Assembly: GCA_036253055.1 (NCBI GenBank)
Contig: GCA_036253055.1_4124.1
Direction: 5' to 3' (one strand)
DNA: 64,000 nucleotides
DNA from: a phage
The notes under the pieces were generated by a model that made no database searches, was not told where the DNA came from, and saw only the letters and a list, made by a program, of their open reading frames with translations. Positions 46,159 to 55,851 of this stretch are shown in pieces. The position numbers and the translations under genes are program-made. Every line of letters starts with the position of its first letter. Position 1 is the first letter of the stretch.

Positions 46159-46353
46159 CTAATCCTCGCTGAAGACAACAATAAGGAATGACACGAATAA
46201 TGCCGCATAACAAGGAGCTATCTTCATGTACCACGGGACTTCATAATACCATGTACCCAATTCATCCCACGAAAAGAGTATACTCAAACCGAAGCCGATT
46301 AGCGATAGTACAATAAAAGAAATCCAGAAACGCGTTGAATATACTAATAACAT
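46159..46353 (-). CDS. small membrane protein
   Basis: 64 aa hydrophobic; SD AAAGGAAC. Confidence 0.45.
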   Translation of the reverse strand: MLLVYSTRFWISFIVLSLIGFGLSILFSWDELGTWYYEVPWYMKIAPCYAALFVSFLIVVFSED

Positions 46354-46391
46354 GTTATGTTCCTTTGTGTAACCGAAGTCAACCCTTTCCT

Positions 46392-46907
46392 TTAATAATT
46401 ATTCATTTCATCTTTGATTTGTTCTTCAATTTCGTCGAACATATCAGTACTAGATTCGTTCTTACTACTTACGTTCTGCATATCTTTAACGTACTGTGGA
46501 CATTCAACATCAGTAAACTTATACCACGTAGGCTTCATCTGGAGCTTCTCAATCAAACGATCACGAGACATTTTAATCTCTGACTCCGTTGGTACGTAGT
46601 CATTACAAAACTCAGCAGGGAAGCCGCTAATGTCGTTTACTTCAGTGTTTTGAATCTTCATACCACGACGCAGACATTCGTTGACAATATCAATATGACG
46701 CTTCTGTAAGTACAATAACTTGTCGTAAAAGAATGTCACATGACCTGAACCTAACAGATAAGTACTATTAATTTTGAAATCACGTACACGCTTACGTGCT
46801 TGAACGTGTTTTTGTACAGCACCAAATACACGTGGGAGTTCACGATATTCAGCCATCAGATGTTGGTCAGCAAGTTCTTTAACGTGTACTAAGTTAATGC
46901 GTGTCAT
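46392..46907 (-). CDS. denV: pyrimidine-dimer DNA glycosylase (T4 endonuclease V-like) with C-terminal extension
   Basis: N-terminus [34 protein letters not shown]...RVRDFKI...[10 protein letters not shown] closely matches T4 DenV as recalled; about 30 extra acidic C-terminal residues. Confidence 0.85.
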   Translation of the reverse strand: MTRINLVHVKELADQHLMAEYRELPRVFGAVQKHVQARKRVRDFKINSTYLLGSGHVTFFYDKLLYLQKRHIDIVNECLRRGMKIQNTEVNDISGFPAEFCNDYVPTESEIKMSRDRLIEKLQMKPTWYKFTDVECPQYVKDMQNVSSKNESSTDMFDEIEEQIKDEMNNY

Positions 46908-46974
46908 GTATTCATCCTCTCGTCTTGATGAAATAATTATAGCAAAAAGGGCTGACCGAAGTCAACCCTTTTCT

Positions 46975-47244
46975 TTATTCAATGATCCCCAACTTCACAA
47001 TCTCATACCCGTCCAGATAGCCGTAGGAACACTCAGGTGTTTCATAAGATGAACCATCATGGATGCCCTGGCATTGACTTTTGGAATTCTCAAGCAATCG
47101 TTGCAGTACTGATACGTCATCAAGAACGTAATACAAGTTAGCATATAGGTCAGTTACAATACAGTACTCCAACATATCAAATGTATCAATCGAAATTTCA
47201 ACCTTAGCAAATCGTTTCTTTTCTTTATTATACAGTGCGTACAT
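46975..47244 (-). CDS. hypothetical protein
   Basis: Start moved to ATG 47242-47244 (SD GGAGA); track start was TTG. Confidence 0.4.
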   Translation of the reverse strand: MYALYNKEKKRFAKVEISIDTFDMLEYCIVTDLYANLYYVLDDVSVLQRLLENSKSQCQGIHDGSSYETPECSYGYLDGYEIVKLGIIE

Positions 47245-47245
47245 A

Positions 47246-47617
47246 TTAATCTCCATAATCAAGTTTAACTAACTTACCACCCAGATACCCAAAGTTTTCT
47301 GGCTTCGCATCTGAATAGAAGAAGTCAGTACTCAACTCTGATTTAGATGCTAATGCACACAACTCCACCCAAAATAAACCCCTATGTTGCACTGGCTTAC
47401 AACGTTTCTGTACAGTTACTAGTCCAGTACATGATGACCACAACGTAGGACAGATACTACTATCACTACGATTGGAGTACTGCATCCACGAACGTTCATT
47501 GAGGTTAGCTATCATCCCTGTTAAGAATAGCTTCCAACTTTTAAAGGTTGGAATCTTGATAGCATATTCCCCAATGAGGATAACAGTTCGTGTTGCACCT
47601 TTCAAATCTATATTCAT
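47246..47617 (-). CDS. minimal or truncated protein kinase-like protein
   Basis: YAIKIP (VAIK-like), DAKPENFG (HRDLKPEN-like), KLDYGD (DFG-like) then stop; start uncertain (ATG 47615-47617 or GTG 47662). Confidence 0.35.
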   Translation of the reverse strand: MNIDLKGATRTVILIGEYAIKIPTFKSWKLFLTGMIANLNERSWMQYSNRSDSSICPTLWSSCTGLVTVQKRCKPVQHRGLFWVELCALASKSELSTDFFYSDAKPENFGYLGGKLVKLDYGD

Positions 47618-47625
47618 ATTTTTAA

Positions 47626-47877
47626 TTAGAAGAACACAAACCAAGTCCAGAACAAATTCCACATTACAAATAAAGACATAGTGGTTTTATGTACAATATC
47701 AGCAGTACTGGTCCATCCTCCACCGTGTCCTATTCCATTTATGAATAGAACTAAGAACAAGATACCATTTACTACAATAGTACATACTAAGTACACAAAT
47801 ACATTCCATGCAAGTCCAGGGGATACTAAAGTAAATGGTAAAACTATTAGTAGTATTAGAACTAATAATATTTTCAT
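47626..47877 (-). CDS. small membrane protein
   Basis: 83 aa hydrophobic; SD GAGG. Confidence 0.45.
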   Translation of the reverse strand: MKILLVLILLIVLPFTLVSPGLAWNVFVYLVCTIVVNGILFLVLFINGIGHGGGWTSTADIVHKTTMSLFVMWNLFWTWFVFF

Positions 47878-47916
47878 TTATCGCCTCACTTAATTAACGT
47901 GACATATCACGTAATA

Positions 47917-48093
47917 TTAGTACGAATCAGATTCCCAGTACTCGATTGCTTCTTTCAGCAATTCTTTAGCACGTTGTTTTGCAATGCGAGCGGGAAACTG
48001 ATATGTGTACATTAACTGACGCTTCACTTCATTCAGTGAAAGCTGTTCATGGTACAGTGCATCCATCAGTCGATTACGAGTACGTAGTTTCAT
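47917..48093 (-). CDS. small hypothetical protein (58 aa)
   Basis: Not in track; hand-translated MKLRTRNRLMDALYHEQLSLNEV...; SD AAGGATAA. Confidence 0.4.
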   Translation of the reverse strand: MKLRTRNRLMDALYHEQLSLNEVKRQLMYTYQFPARIAKQRAKELLKEAIEYWESDSY

Positions 48094-48104
48094 ATAAGTT
48101 ATCC

Positions 48105-48659
48105 TTATTTCAAAGAATCATAGTAAGCAGTGTCAAAGATTGGAGTCATAATAACATAGTCAATACGGTCAATGTAAGTTGAACTCCACATTTCTGGTTT
48201 GTCATATAACTGACGCTCGCGTTCATTCATACGAGTCAGTACTTCTTCCAATTTACTACGTGAATCCATCAATGTATTACTCGAACCATAAGTGAAGTAC
48301 TCAGTCCAATGATATTCATATTCAGTACTGATAGATTGAATAGTACCATCTTTGAAATGAGCTAAGGCATAACCTTTCTCTACAAAGTTATCAGGTGGAA
48401 GAACACCATCTGGATTAGTTTTCAATGCTTGTGCTAACTTTTCTTTAATTTCAGTTAACGTGCATACTGAACGAATGTTCTTCAGGTTTGATACTTGAAA
48501 ATCACTGTACTTTCCAAAGAAAAAGACACGCCAATCTTTAGGTTCATTATCAGATACGGTAGCATCAGGGTGATGGGCGAGTAAACGAAGAAGGCCAGCT
48601 TTATGACCGTTAATGTAGATTTCATGGATGTGGTTAGCAGTTTTCTTAAAAGTAATCAT
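48105..48659 (-). CDS. hypothetical protein
   Basis: 184 aa; SD GAGGAA; early-type promoter and hairpin at about 48670-48730. Confidence 0.55.
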   Translation of the reverse strand: MITFKKTANHIHEIYINGHKAGLLRLLAHHPDATVSDNEPKDWRVFFFGKYSDFQVSNLKNIRSVCTLTEIKEKLAQALKTNPDGVLPPDNFVEKGYALAHFKDGTIQSISTEYEYHWTEYFTYGSSNTLMDSRSKLEEVLTRMNERERQLYDKPEMWSSTYIDRIDYVIMTPIFDTAYYDSLK

Positions 48660-48735
48660 GGTAGTTCCTCGATTGTAGGGATGAGAAGTTCATCCCCTTG
48701 ATAAGCATTATACAGTACTGAATGTGTTTGTCAAC

Positions 48736-49116
48736 TCAAAATAAATTCATTTCATGTGCGTATTGTGGTTCAAGATAAGATAAGTTTTTGAAACTGTCTT
48801 TCAATTCCGCATCATCTACGTACACAGTACCAGGTACATTCCCCATAGTGAAGCCAACCCAAACAGTCATGTTTCCAGTTCCTAAGCGGGGCATTGATAG
48901 CGTCCCATCAGGTGAAACATCAAACGCTACACTAAAGTCATCCGTTACAACTTCCGAACCATTTTCCAGAATAATACAACCACGTTCTTTAAGCTTCTGA
49001 ATGTGGATAGCAGCCTCTACAGCACGTTTAAAGTTATAGTAAGACTCTTTATCCTCAAACATAGATTGTTTAACCAGACGCTTGTTTAGCTCGGTTACTT
49101 TGTACATTTGTCGCAT
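48736..49116 (-). CDS. hypothetical protein
   Basis: Start moved to ATG 49114-49116 (TAATG overlap); uncertain. Confidence 0.4.
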   Translation of the reverse strand: MRQMYKVTELNKRLVKQSMFEDKESYYNFKRAVEAAIHIQKLKERGCIILENGSEVVTDDFSVAFDVSPDGTLSMPRLGTGNMTVWVGFTMGNVPGTVYVDDAELKDSFKNLSYLEPQYAHEMNLF

Positions 49117-49370
49117 TATTTCAACACCCATAGTGGTAGGATTTCATATGAACCTGGAGGTGCTGGATTGATAATCTCAGGGTATTCAGTACTGTTAGGA
49201 TTACCACCAGCATTGAACTCAGCAAGTAATAATTCGAGTTCATTCCTATCATGTACAACAAACACGCAATATCCAGTTCCTTCTTCAAGAACTGTAGTTG
49301 AACCCGCACAATCCCATACGGTATCAATACATAATAATTCTTTAGTGTTTTTATTACGCAACGCAAACAT
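49116..49370 (-). CDS. hypothetical protein
   Basis: 84 aa; SD AGGAGA. Confidence 0.5.
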   Translation of the reverse strand: MFALRNKNTKELLCIDTVWDCAGSTTVLEEGTGYCVFVVHDRNELELLLAEFNAGGNPNSTEYPEIINPAPPGSYEILPLWVLK

Positions 49371-49379
49371 ATATGTCTC

Positions 49380-49724
49380 CTATCGATTCGGCATATTCTT
49401 TCGTAGTCGCAAGAGAAATTCAACCACTGACCATGTTGTAATGAAGGCAATATAAGTTGCAAGGAATCCAGTAAGAATAAATGCAACCAGCGTACTACCA
49501 TTTGGGGAATCAGTTTTAATGCCGATGACACCATCGGCTACAGTGAAACATGTAGCCATTAATGTGTAACCTACGTACAACACAAAGAAAAACTCATTCT
49601 CCATTGAAGGATAGAAACGGTTAAACACTTTATAAAATTTAAAGTACAGTAGGATTATACCAACAAAGGCATAGAATGTAAACAGTGTTGTTATAATATA
49701 TGAGATTAGGTTCAAATTATACAT
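49380..49724 (-). CDS. small multi-pass membrane protein, paralog family C (second cluster)
   Basis: Start moved to ATG 49722-49724 (SD GGAG); C-terminal RKNMPNR as in the 39.8-42.6 kb array. Confidence 0.45.
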   Translation of the reverse strand: MYNLNLISYIITTLFTFYAFVGIILLYFKFYKVFNRFYPSMENEFFFVLYVGYTLMATCFTVADGVIGIKTDSPNGSTLVAFILTGFLATYIAFITTWSVVEFLLRLRKNMPNR

Positions 49725-49725
49725 A

Positions 49726-50067
49726 TCAACGCTCCGGTAGATTATCACGTAATGTTTTAATTCGATGATACATTTTCATACCAATATTACCAAAGATACC
49801 ATATCCAAGTACTAAAATGTATGCAATAAGCATAGTAATAATTACTATAGTACCAAAACTATAATGTACACTACTGATACCCATTGTAGTTTCAACGATT
49901 ATTTGAGAAACTGAAAGAATCAAAAGTACAACTACAATTGGATGATTTGGGTACATTCGGTTGAACAACGTTTTGTACTTAAAGAAGCACAGTACTCCAC
50001 CGAATAAGAAGTAAACAATGTAAATGCAAGCAACAGCATAGGCAAACATGTTAGTGTAATAAATCAT
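49726..50067 (-). CDS. small multi-pass membrane protein, paralog family C
   Basis: Start moved to ATG 50065-50067 (SD AAGGA); C-terminal RDNLPER. Confidence 0.45.
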   Translation of the reverse strand: MIYYTNMFAYAVACIYIVYFLFGGVLCFFKYKTLFNRMYPNHPIVVVLLILSVSQIIVETTMGISSVHYSFGTIVIITMLIAYILVLGYGIFGNIGMKMYHRIKTLRDNLPER

Positions 50068-50076
50068 TACCAATCC

Positions 50077-50415
50077 TTACTTTTCAGGGATATTAGAACG
50101 CCATATATCAATGCGATGAACTAGTCCAAAGAACAACCATACTGGAACGGCAGCTATCATAACAACAAATGAAAACCCAGTCAACACCGATACCAGATTT
50201 AATTCATCAGTACTATACCCACATATCAGTACTTCTAATATTCCCCACGTACAGGCACAAAACATCAAGAATGAAATTGGGGCATCATAGTAGATACGTT
50301 CATATAAAGTAGTATATCGGAAGAATGCAATAATATAGCAAAACATATAATACACCCAAACCAAAGATACTACATAAAATGATACTTTGTTTATTAATTC
50401 AAAATATTGTTCCAT
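50077..50415 (-). CDS. small multi-pass membrane protein, paralog family C
   Basis: 112 aa; C-terminal RSNIPEK. Confidence 0.5.
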   Translation of the reverse strand: MEQYFELINKVSFYVVSLVWVYYMFCYIIAFFRYTTLYERIYYDAPISFLMFCACTWGILEVLICGYSTDELNLVSVLTGFSFVVMIAAVPVWLFFGLVHRIDIWRSNIPEK

Positions 50416-50417
50416 TT

Positions 50418-50699
50418 TTACCCCAATATATATTCAGAGAGTAATGTATTAGCTTCATCTTTGTTCTTAAGGTAATACATGTAATATAGATTCGGTTCAC
50501 CATCTTTAGTACTCAAATCGAAGTACTTTAAACTATGTACTTTCATAGTAAAAACAAATAATGACTTAAAACCAATCTCACCGTACTTAATAAACAGTTC
50601 ATCCAAATGAATGTAACTTTTTGATTTGGATAATTCTTTAACGTCTGCATCAATTTCAGATAAAAGATGCTTACCTATTAAGTTTTCAAATGAACGCAT
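50418..50699 (-). CDS. hypothetical protein
   Basis: 93 aa; SD AAAGGA. Confidence 0.5.
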   Translation of the reverse strand: MRSFENLIGKHLLSEIDADVKELSKSKSYIHLDELFIKYGEIGFKSLFVFTMKVHSLKYFDLSTKDGEPNLYYMYYLKNKDEANTLLSEYILG

Positions 50700-50760
50700 G
50701 ATTTTATCCTTTACCGCAATTTTTATGGTTTATTAAGAATACACCAGAACATCAGTTCTG

Positions 50761-51402
50761 TCAATAAAAAACTGGATCTTCTTCAGTAATTGGTATTTCT
50801 CTACGCACATCACACGAAAGAGGATCAGTAATGAATACATTCCCATCTTTATCCATCATTACATTACTTGAATGAATGTCTGGTACAAAACGCCCGTGAA
50901 ACTCTTTCATGATGTTAGCAGCGACCGTTGCAATAGCAATCTCTTCAGAATTACCACGCATATCATTCACTGAAGTAGCGTACTGACCAGCATGTGCATA
51001 AGAATATAAATCTCCAATTTTAGTACTAACAAAGTCATCATAATTATTTTTTTGTTTAATTATAGGATAGTACTTGTCCATCTCATACCATCCAAAGTTT
51101 CCTTGTTCGTTGGCACTGTAGATCACTGGAAGAAACTTGGTTCCTGCGTTTTCAATGCAGTACTTTGCATAAGCACGAAAACCATCCCAGCGTGAAGTGG
51201 TTACTTTAAATGCACGCCCAGGATAGTTTTTATGTTCAACTACTACAGAGTACATCCCCATTCCAAGCAAAGTAAGTCCAGCAGCTTTAACTTGTGGAAA
51301 GATTACGCGTTCAGCATAAGGAATATCAAACTCCATCGCACAACGAGTTTTTGATGGACGCAAAATGTCAATTAAAGTTTTGAATATTTCTTGCTTAGTC
51401 AT
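50761..51402 (-). CDS. protein kinase-like / phosphotransferase-like protein
   Basis: Start moved to ATG 51400-51402 (SD GAGGA); catalytic-loop-like DIHSSNVMM and ITDP (DFG-position). Confidence 0.45.
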   Translation of the reverse strand: MTKQEIFKTLIDILRPSKTRCAMEFDIPYAERVIFPQVKAAGLTLLGMGMYSVVVEHKNYPGRAFKVTTSRWDGFRAYAKYCIENAGTKFLPVIYSANEQGNFGWYEMDKYYPIIKQKNNYDDFVSTKIGDLYSYAHAGQYATSVNDMRGNSEEIAIATVAANIMKEFHGRFVPDIHSSNVMMDKDGNVFITDPLSCDVRREIPITEEDPVFY

Positions 51403-51471
51403 TACTTTATCCTCTGTAGTTAATATCAACATCATAACAAAAAAGGCTGACCGAAGTCAACCCTTTTATTA

Positions 51472-51891
51472 TCATTTACAGTTTTCTATAACTATTGCAC
51501 GTTTTAGTATTTTACTTTCATAAACATACTTAAGATGACCTTCTTCACGAATACGATTGAACACATATCCTAGTTTATCTTTTAGTACTGAAGCGGTATC
51601 AATGTCAAGATTAACTTCAACCCCTCCTGTTAATTTAACTTTATATGTAAAGCTAAAAGCATCACCAGATTCAACCAATGGGACTACTTGTTCATACGTA
51701 TTCAACATAACTCGTTCATCATTAACTAAATTATATATTACAATATCACAAGTTTTTACCCCAATTTCCTCTAATGTAGGAGCATTATCTACTATAACAT
51801 CTTTTACTGTATTTGCAACCTGTTTAGCATCTGCTGCATATACATTAAAACTAAAAAGTACTAAAATAATACTTAAAAAAATCTTTTTCAT
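51472..51891 (-). CDS. secreted protein (signal peptide)
   Basis: N-terminus MKKIFLSIILVLFSFNVYA; SD AAGGA. Confidence 0.55.
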   Translation of the reverse strand: MKKIFLSIILVLFSFNVYAADAKQVANTVKDVIVDNAPTLEEIGVKTCDIVIYNLVNDERVMLNTYEQVVPLVESGDAFSFTYKVKLTGGVEVNLDIDTASVLKDKLGYVFNRIREEGHLKYVYESKILKRAIVIENCK

Positions 51892-51900
51892 TATATATCC

Positions 51901-52224
51901 TTATTTTATTTTACACGTCATATCGGGTTGTGCTGGTTTATTATTTTTAAACGGATTAGGTTTTTTATCTTTCTTTTTATCTTTTAAAGGTTTTTTGTCT
52001 TCTTTTTTATCTTTATCTTTGTCTTTTTTATTGTTATCAGGTTCAGATTGAGTATTACATTGTGCTGGTGATGGGTTCGTCGGGTTACAGCTATTGTCGG
52101 GTGGGAGTTTTACTTCTTTACAATTGTAAAATAGTAAACTTTTATTTGTGGTTAAATTATGAAAACGATAATTACGTTCATTATTATAATAAATTGTTTT
52201 AGTACTTTCAATGTCATTGCACAT
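51901..52224 (-). CDS. Lys-rich, Cys-containing hypothetical protein
   Basis: 107 aa; KKDKDKDKKEDKK tract; weak SD. Confidence 0.4.
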   Translation of the reverse strand: MCNDIESTKTIYYNNERNYRFHNLTTNKSLLFYNCKEVKLPPDNSCNPTNPSPAQCNTQSEPDNNKKDKDKDKKEDKKPLKDKKKDKKPNPFKNNKPAQPDMTCKIK

Positions 52225-52234
52225 TGCTACTGAA

Positions 52235-52486
52235 TCACCGGAACTCTTTTTCTATTCCCATTACATCAGTCTTACGCTCAGATAGTATACCTGAAGTATA
52301 TGAATCTTTGTTATCAAATGCATTAAATCCAATAGTTGTGTCGATGTCGTGTATTATTCCTTTTGTGTATGAAGTGGTATAGAAATCCCCATTTCTGAAA
52401 TCCTGTCTTGCTACGGAGCAATGATAATCTGCACCATAACTAGTACTGGAAAATAATACAATTCCAAATATAATATATTTTTTCAT
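52235..52486 (-). CDS. small secreted protein (signal peptide)
   Basis: Start moved to ATG 52484-52486 (SD GAGGG); N-terminus MKKYIIFGIVLFSSTSYG. Confidence 0.5.
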   Translation of the reverse strand: MKKYIIFGIVLFSSTSYGADYHCSVARQDFRNGDFYTTSYTKGIIHDIDTTIGFNAFDNKDSYTSGILSERKTDVMGIEKEFR

Positions 52487-52558
52487 TGTAATCCCTCTTC
52501 TTAATTCCTCTTTTATATTTACAAAAAAAAGGTTGACCGAAGTCAACCTTTTAAATGT

Positions 52559-54046
52559 TTATTTTTTATCCTTTCCAACACCACTGTCGTACTCTTTGAA
52601 TGAGTTATCAAGTGTAGTTAGTGCATACTCATATGCTTCTGGTGATTCAATGTCAACATCATCTGCACCATTTACTAAATCAGCCCACGCCTTTTGAAGT
52701 TTACGAGCATTGTTACCAACATTATCTTTAATCCAACTAATGTTTTTGTTGATACTTTTACGATCAGCACCTGCTTTTTTGCCAATCTCGGATATCCACA
52801 TCATTAGCTTTTGAAGTTCATGAATTGATTTATCGGTCATTTCAAGATGTTCTTCTTCCATACCTTCGGAATCAGATGAACCAACGTCAATTCCATGTTT
52901 AGCTAATAGTTTACCAAGTTCAAAGAATGCAGCTTCAGCAGGGAAGTCATAACCTTTCTCTTTGTAGTTATTCCATGCACTATCAAACTCGTCAACAAAA
53001 CGGTTAGCATAATCTGGATTTTTAACTAATGCTTTATATACTGCCATTGCATGTTCAAAACCTTCTTTATCTGACCCAAACTCTTCCATCTCAGGACGAT
53101 GAATGTATCCATCCATATCAACGGTATCAGGTATTTCTTCTTGCTCAGGCTCAACATCTTTCTGTTCAACTGCACCCTCTTCATCTGCACGCTTTAGATA
53201 ACCATCTGGTGTTACCTTCTCACCATGTTCTGCTTCATACTTTTTCATAGTGTTGAATGCAGCATCCATAGCTGTTACGAAGCGACTTTTCTCACCTTGT
53301 ACATAAGATTTAAGTGCACTGTTAACTGCATCTGATACGAGCTTAACCTTATCGTCTTTACCTTCTAAACGGTTTTCAAGTTTAGCCAGTACATTCTTGA
53401 CTTGCTGGGCATTAGCACGGTCTGCTTTACCAATATTATCAAAAGTTTTAAGAATACCATCAAGACTTGCTTCACCCTGTTCAGGTTCTTTGGAATCTTC
53501 TTTGTGTGTACCTTCAAGTGCACGCATGATAGTACTGAATACTTCAGTTGGTTCAGTGCTCTTATTACCTTTCATTACATCAAGTACAGCTTGTGCTTTA
53601 CCTTTGAGTTCTTCTTTAGGAACTGCCTGTAGTGCTTTGACAATACCCTGAATCAACTGTGGTTTGTTAGCAAAGATCTTACCTAAGTTATCTGATAACT
53701 CTTTAACAGGGTTAGCAGCTTTAGGTACTTCTGCTTTTGGTTCTTCTTTAGGAACTGCTTGTTCTTTCTCAGCACGTTCCATATCAGCAAGGCGTTGTTT
53801 TTGTGTTGCGTTAAGAAGACCTAATGAGTTAACATAACGTAGCTTTTCTAGCTCAGTCATGTTCTCAGTACTCTTAACTTCACCTGCTTCTGCGTTTGCT
53901 TTACCAGCTAGACCAGTTCCTTGGTTACGTGACCCACGTGAACCTTGACCTGCTTGATAACTATTTGGACGGCGGTTGCGTTCACTCCATTTATCAGAGT
54001 GACCAGCCATGTTACCACCATTTTTATCAGTAAAATTACTTGGCAT
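52559..54046 (-). CDS. large K/E-rich hypothetical protein, paralog of 54316..54699
   Basis: About 495 aa; start uncertain (ATG 54046, 54061 or 54070); shares YxxSLGLL and KALQxVPKEE-like segments with 54316..54699. Confidence 0.5.
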   Translation of the reverse strand: MPSNFTDKNGGNMAGHSDKWSERNRRPNSYQAGQGSRGSRNQGTGLAGKANAEAGEVKSTENMTELEKLRYVNSLGLLNATQKQRLADMERAEKEQAVPKEEPKAEVPKAANPVKELSDNLGKIFANKPQLIQGIVKALQAVPKEELKGKAQAVLDVMKGNKSTEPTEVFSTIMRALEGTHKEDSKEPEQGEASLDGILKTFDNIGKADRANAQQVKNVLAKLENRLEGKDDKVKLVSDAVNSALKSYVQGEKSRFVTAMDAAFNTMKKYEAEHGEKVTPDGYLKRADEEGAVEQKDVEPEQEEIPDTVDMDGYIHRPEMEEFGSDKEGFEHAMAVYKALVKNPDYANRFVDEFDSAWNNYKEKGYDFPAEAAFFELGKLLAKHGIDVGSSDSEGMEEEHLEMTDKSIHELQKLMMWISEIGKKAGADRKSINKNISWIKDNVGNNARKLQKAWADLVNGADDVDIESPEAYEYALTTLDNSFKEYDSGVGKDKK

Positions 54047-54133
54047 TTGATTTCTCTCCATAGATTTCATTTTTTTCTCTATGTCTATATTTATAGTATA
54101 AAGAAAAGGCTGACCGAAGTCAACCTTATTTTG

Positions 54134-54247
54134 TTACTTAGATTGTTCTTGTGCAGGTGGATTTACTTTTTGATCCACTACATAGAATACACCACCAACC
54201 AGTACTGCGGCGATGAGTGCAGCAACTACAAATTTTAAACCTTGCAT
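54134..54247 (-). CDS. hydrophobic micro-protein (37 aa, single TM)
   Basis: Hand-translated MQGLKFVVAALIAAVLVGGVFYVVDQK...; SD GAGGT. Confidence 0.35.
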   Translation of the reverse strand: MQGLKFVVAALIAAVLVGGVFYVVDQKVNPPAQEQSK

Positions 54248-54315
54248 ATATGATACCTCAGTTATATTGAGAAGTTATGATACAACAAAGGGCTGACCTT
54301 AGTCAACCCTTTTTA

Positions 54316-54699
54316 TTACTTCTTGAACTTATGTTTTTCACTTTCGATTGCATTCACGATTTCATCATGAATTTTACGAAGATTGTGAGTTTTCTTTAGA
54401 GATTCATGTAATGCACGGAATGCAGAGTGTACAGTTGCTTTAAAGTGCTCTTTAGGAGTTACTTTAAGTTTCTCGATAATATCACGTACATAGATTGGGT
54501 GATCCTCAAACACACGATTAAGCTCATGACCTAGTGATTCTAGGCTAAATGCTTTTTCACGGGATGGACGATCATGTGCAAGACTTTGGTCTGGTTTTAG
54601 AAGACCTAGTGAATCTAGATACTTGTTCTTATGTGCATTGTCTAGACCAGAAATATCAACATCATGTGATGGATCTTTCTTATTCCATTTATCAACCAT
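54316..54699 (-). CDS. hypothetical protein, paralog of N-terminal part of 52559..54046
   Basis: 127 aa; SD AGGAG. Confidence 0.5.
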   Translation of the reverse strand: MVDKWNKKDPSHDVDISGLDNAHKNKYLDSLGLLKPDQSLAHDRPSREKAFSLESLGHELNRVFEDHPIYVRDIIEKLKVTPKEHFKATVHSAFRALHESLKKTHNLRKIHDEIVNAIESEKHKFKK

Positions 54700-54814
54700 T
54701 TTTATAACTCCTATAAGAGATAAATTTTACTATAATATTTATAGTTCCGTTGTCATTTATATAGAATGACATAAAACATTATATCATAATAAGAATGGTT
54801 GTCCCAAAGTTAAA

Positions 54815-55258
54815 TTAGTACTGATCAAGTTCAGATGTAAAAATGAATGCATCCATGTCTTCCAACGTAAGTTTTAAGTCTGGTACGTACTTAAGAATAA
54901 CGCACTCTGGCTTCTTAATAGCAGCTTGATAAGCAGCAATGGCAAGGGATTCCAACTGCTGTGCTGTATAATTTTTACGTTCTGCATTAAAAACTTTGTT
55001 TTTGATATCACCACCTGGGAGTTTTTCAAACTCACGCATAACTGCGGTAAGAACATCGTCAGCAGTGTTACTATATACCCATTGGGGTAATTGCATTACA
55101 TTATAAATCACACCACTATCATCCATCAAAGAGATCCATTTATATCCATCACTCGCACTAAACAAACGCCCTTTTAGTACTGTGTTATTAGTTAAATTTA
55201 CAAATGCAAAAATATCTTGTTCGTTAAGTTCAATACTATTAACATTTACCCAACTCAT
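54815..55258 (-). CDS. hypothetical protein
   Basis: Start moved to ATG 55256-55258. Confidence 0.45.
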   Translation of the reverse strand: MSWVNVNSIELNEQDIFAFVNLTNNTVLKGRLFSASDGYKWISLMDDSGVIYNVMQLPQWVYSNTADDVLTAVMREFEKLPGGDIKNKVFNAERKNYTAQQLESLAIAAYQAAIKKPECVILKYVPDLKLTLEDMDAFIFTSELDQY

Positions 55259-55271
55259 TACGATTCCCCAT

Positions 55272-55844
55272 TCATAAATCACGAACAATATTCATTAAAC
55301 ACAATTTAGGTTTTATAGCATTCAACACCCATATGCATTCTTTGTAAGTAGCTATTATATCATCTAAATGCTCAGTTACAATGCTTTCTTGAAAATATTC
55401 TTCATCATTGAGCTTTGCTAATTTAGTAACATCACACGTAGGCACTATAGGTCTGGATTGTACACCCATTCCATTATTGATATTAGTGAAATGTACAAAA
55501 TGGTACTTCACAACACCTTTATCTAGATTTACTATACATGACAAGTTTTCCAACTCAGTTAGTTCTTTACTACAAGTAACATTAATGAAACCAGTATTAT
55601 AGGCTCTATAATCATCTACTGATATCTCAAAATCATTACGCTGAAATATAAGTGAAATGAGTTTGTCCAGTGGTTTTACATTCATATATTTTAATGAATT
55701 TACGTATGATACTTCAATCTTAGATGAAATTATTTTTTTACTAAGTGCAGTCAATTCTTTATTAGATTTACCTGTTAATACTATAGGTTTAAACCTAGAA
55801 CTCTTATTTTTCTTTGATACTTTAAAACGACCTTTACGATTCAT
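55272..55844 (-). CDS. hypothetical protein
   Basis: Start moved to ATG 55842-55844 (SD GAGGAAA); track start was GTG. Confidence 0.45.
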   Translation of the reverse strand: MNRKGRFKVSKKNKSSRFKPIVLTGKSNKELTALSKKIISSKIEVSYVNSLKYMNVKPLDKLISLIFQRNDFEISVDDYRAYNTGFINVTCSKELTELENLSCIVNLDKGVVKYHFVHFTNINNGMGVQSRPIVPTCDVTKLAKLNDEEYFQESIVTEHLDDIIATYKECIWVLNAIKPKLCLMNIVRDL

Positions 55845-55851
55845 ATTTTCC

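Noticed and set aside
46040-46234. Minus-strand ORF 46040..46234
   Set aside because: It runs through the promoter and SD region of gene 45693..46052 and conflicts with the better-supported membrane gene 46159..46353.
49121-49534. Minus-strand ORF 49121..49534 and plus-strand ORF 49108..49455
   Set aside because: They overlap the well-supported genes 49116..49370 and 49380..49724 in other frames.
53029-54238. Plus-strand ORFs antisense to the 495-aa gene
   Set aside because: Antisense to a long, well-supported minus-strand CDS; no translation signals.
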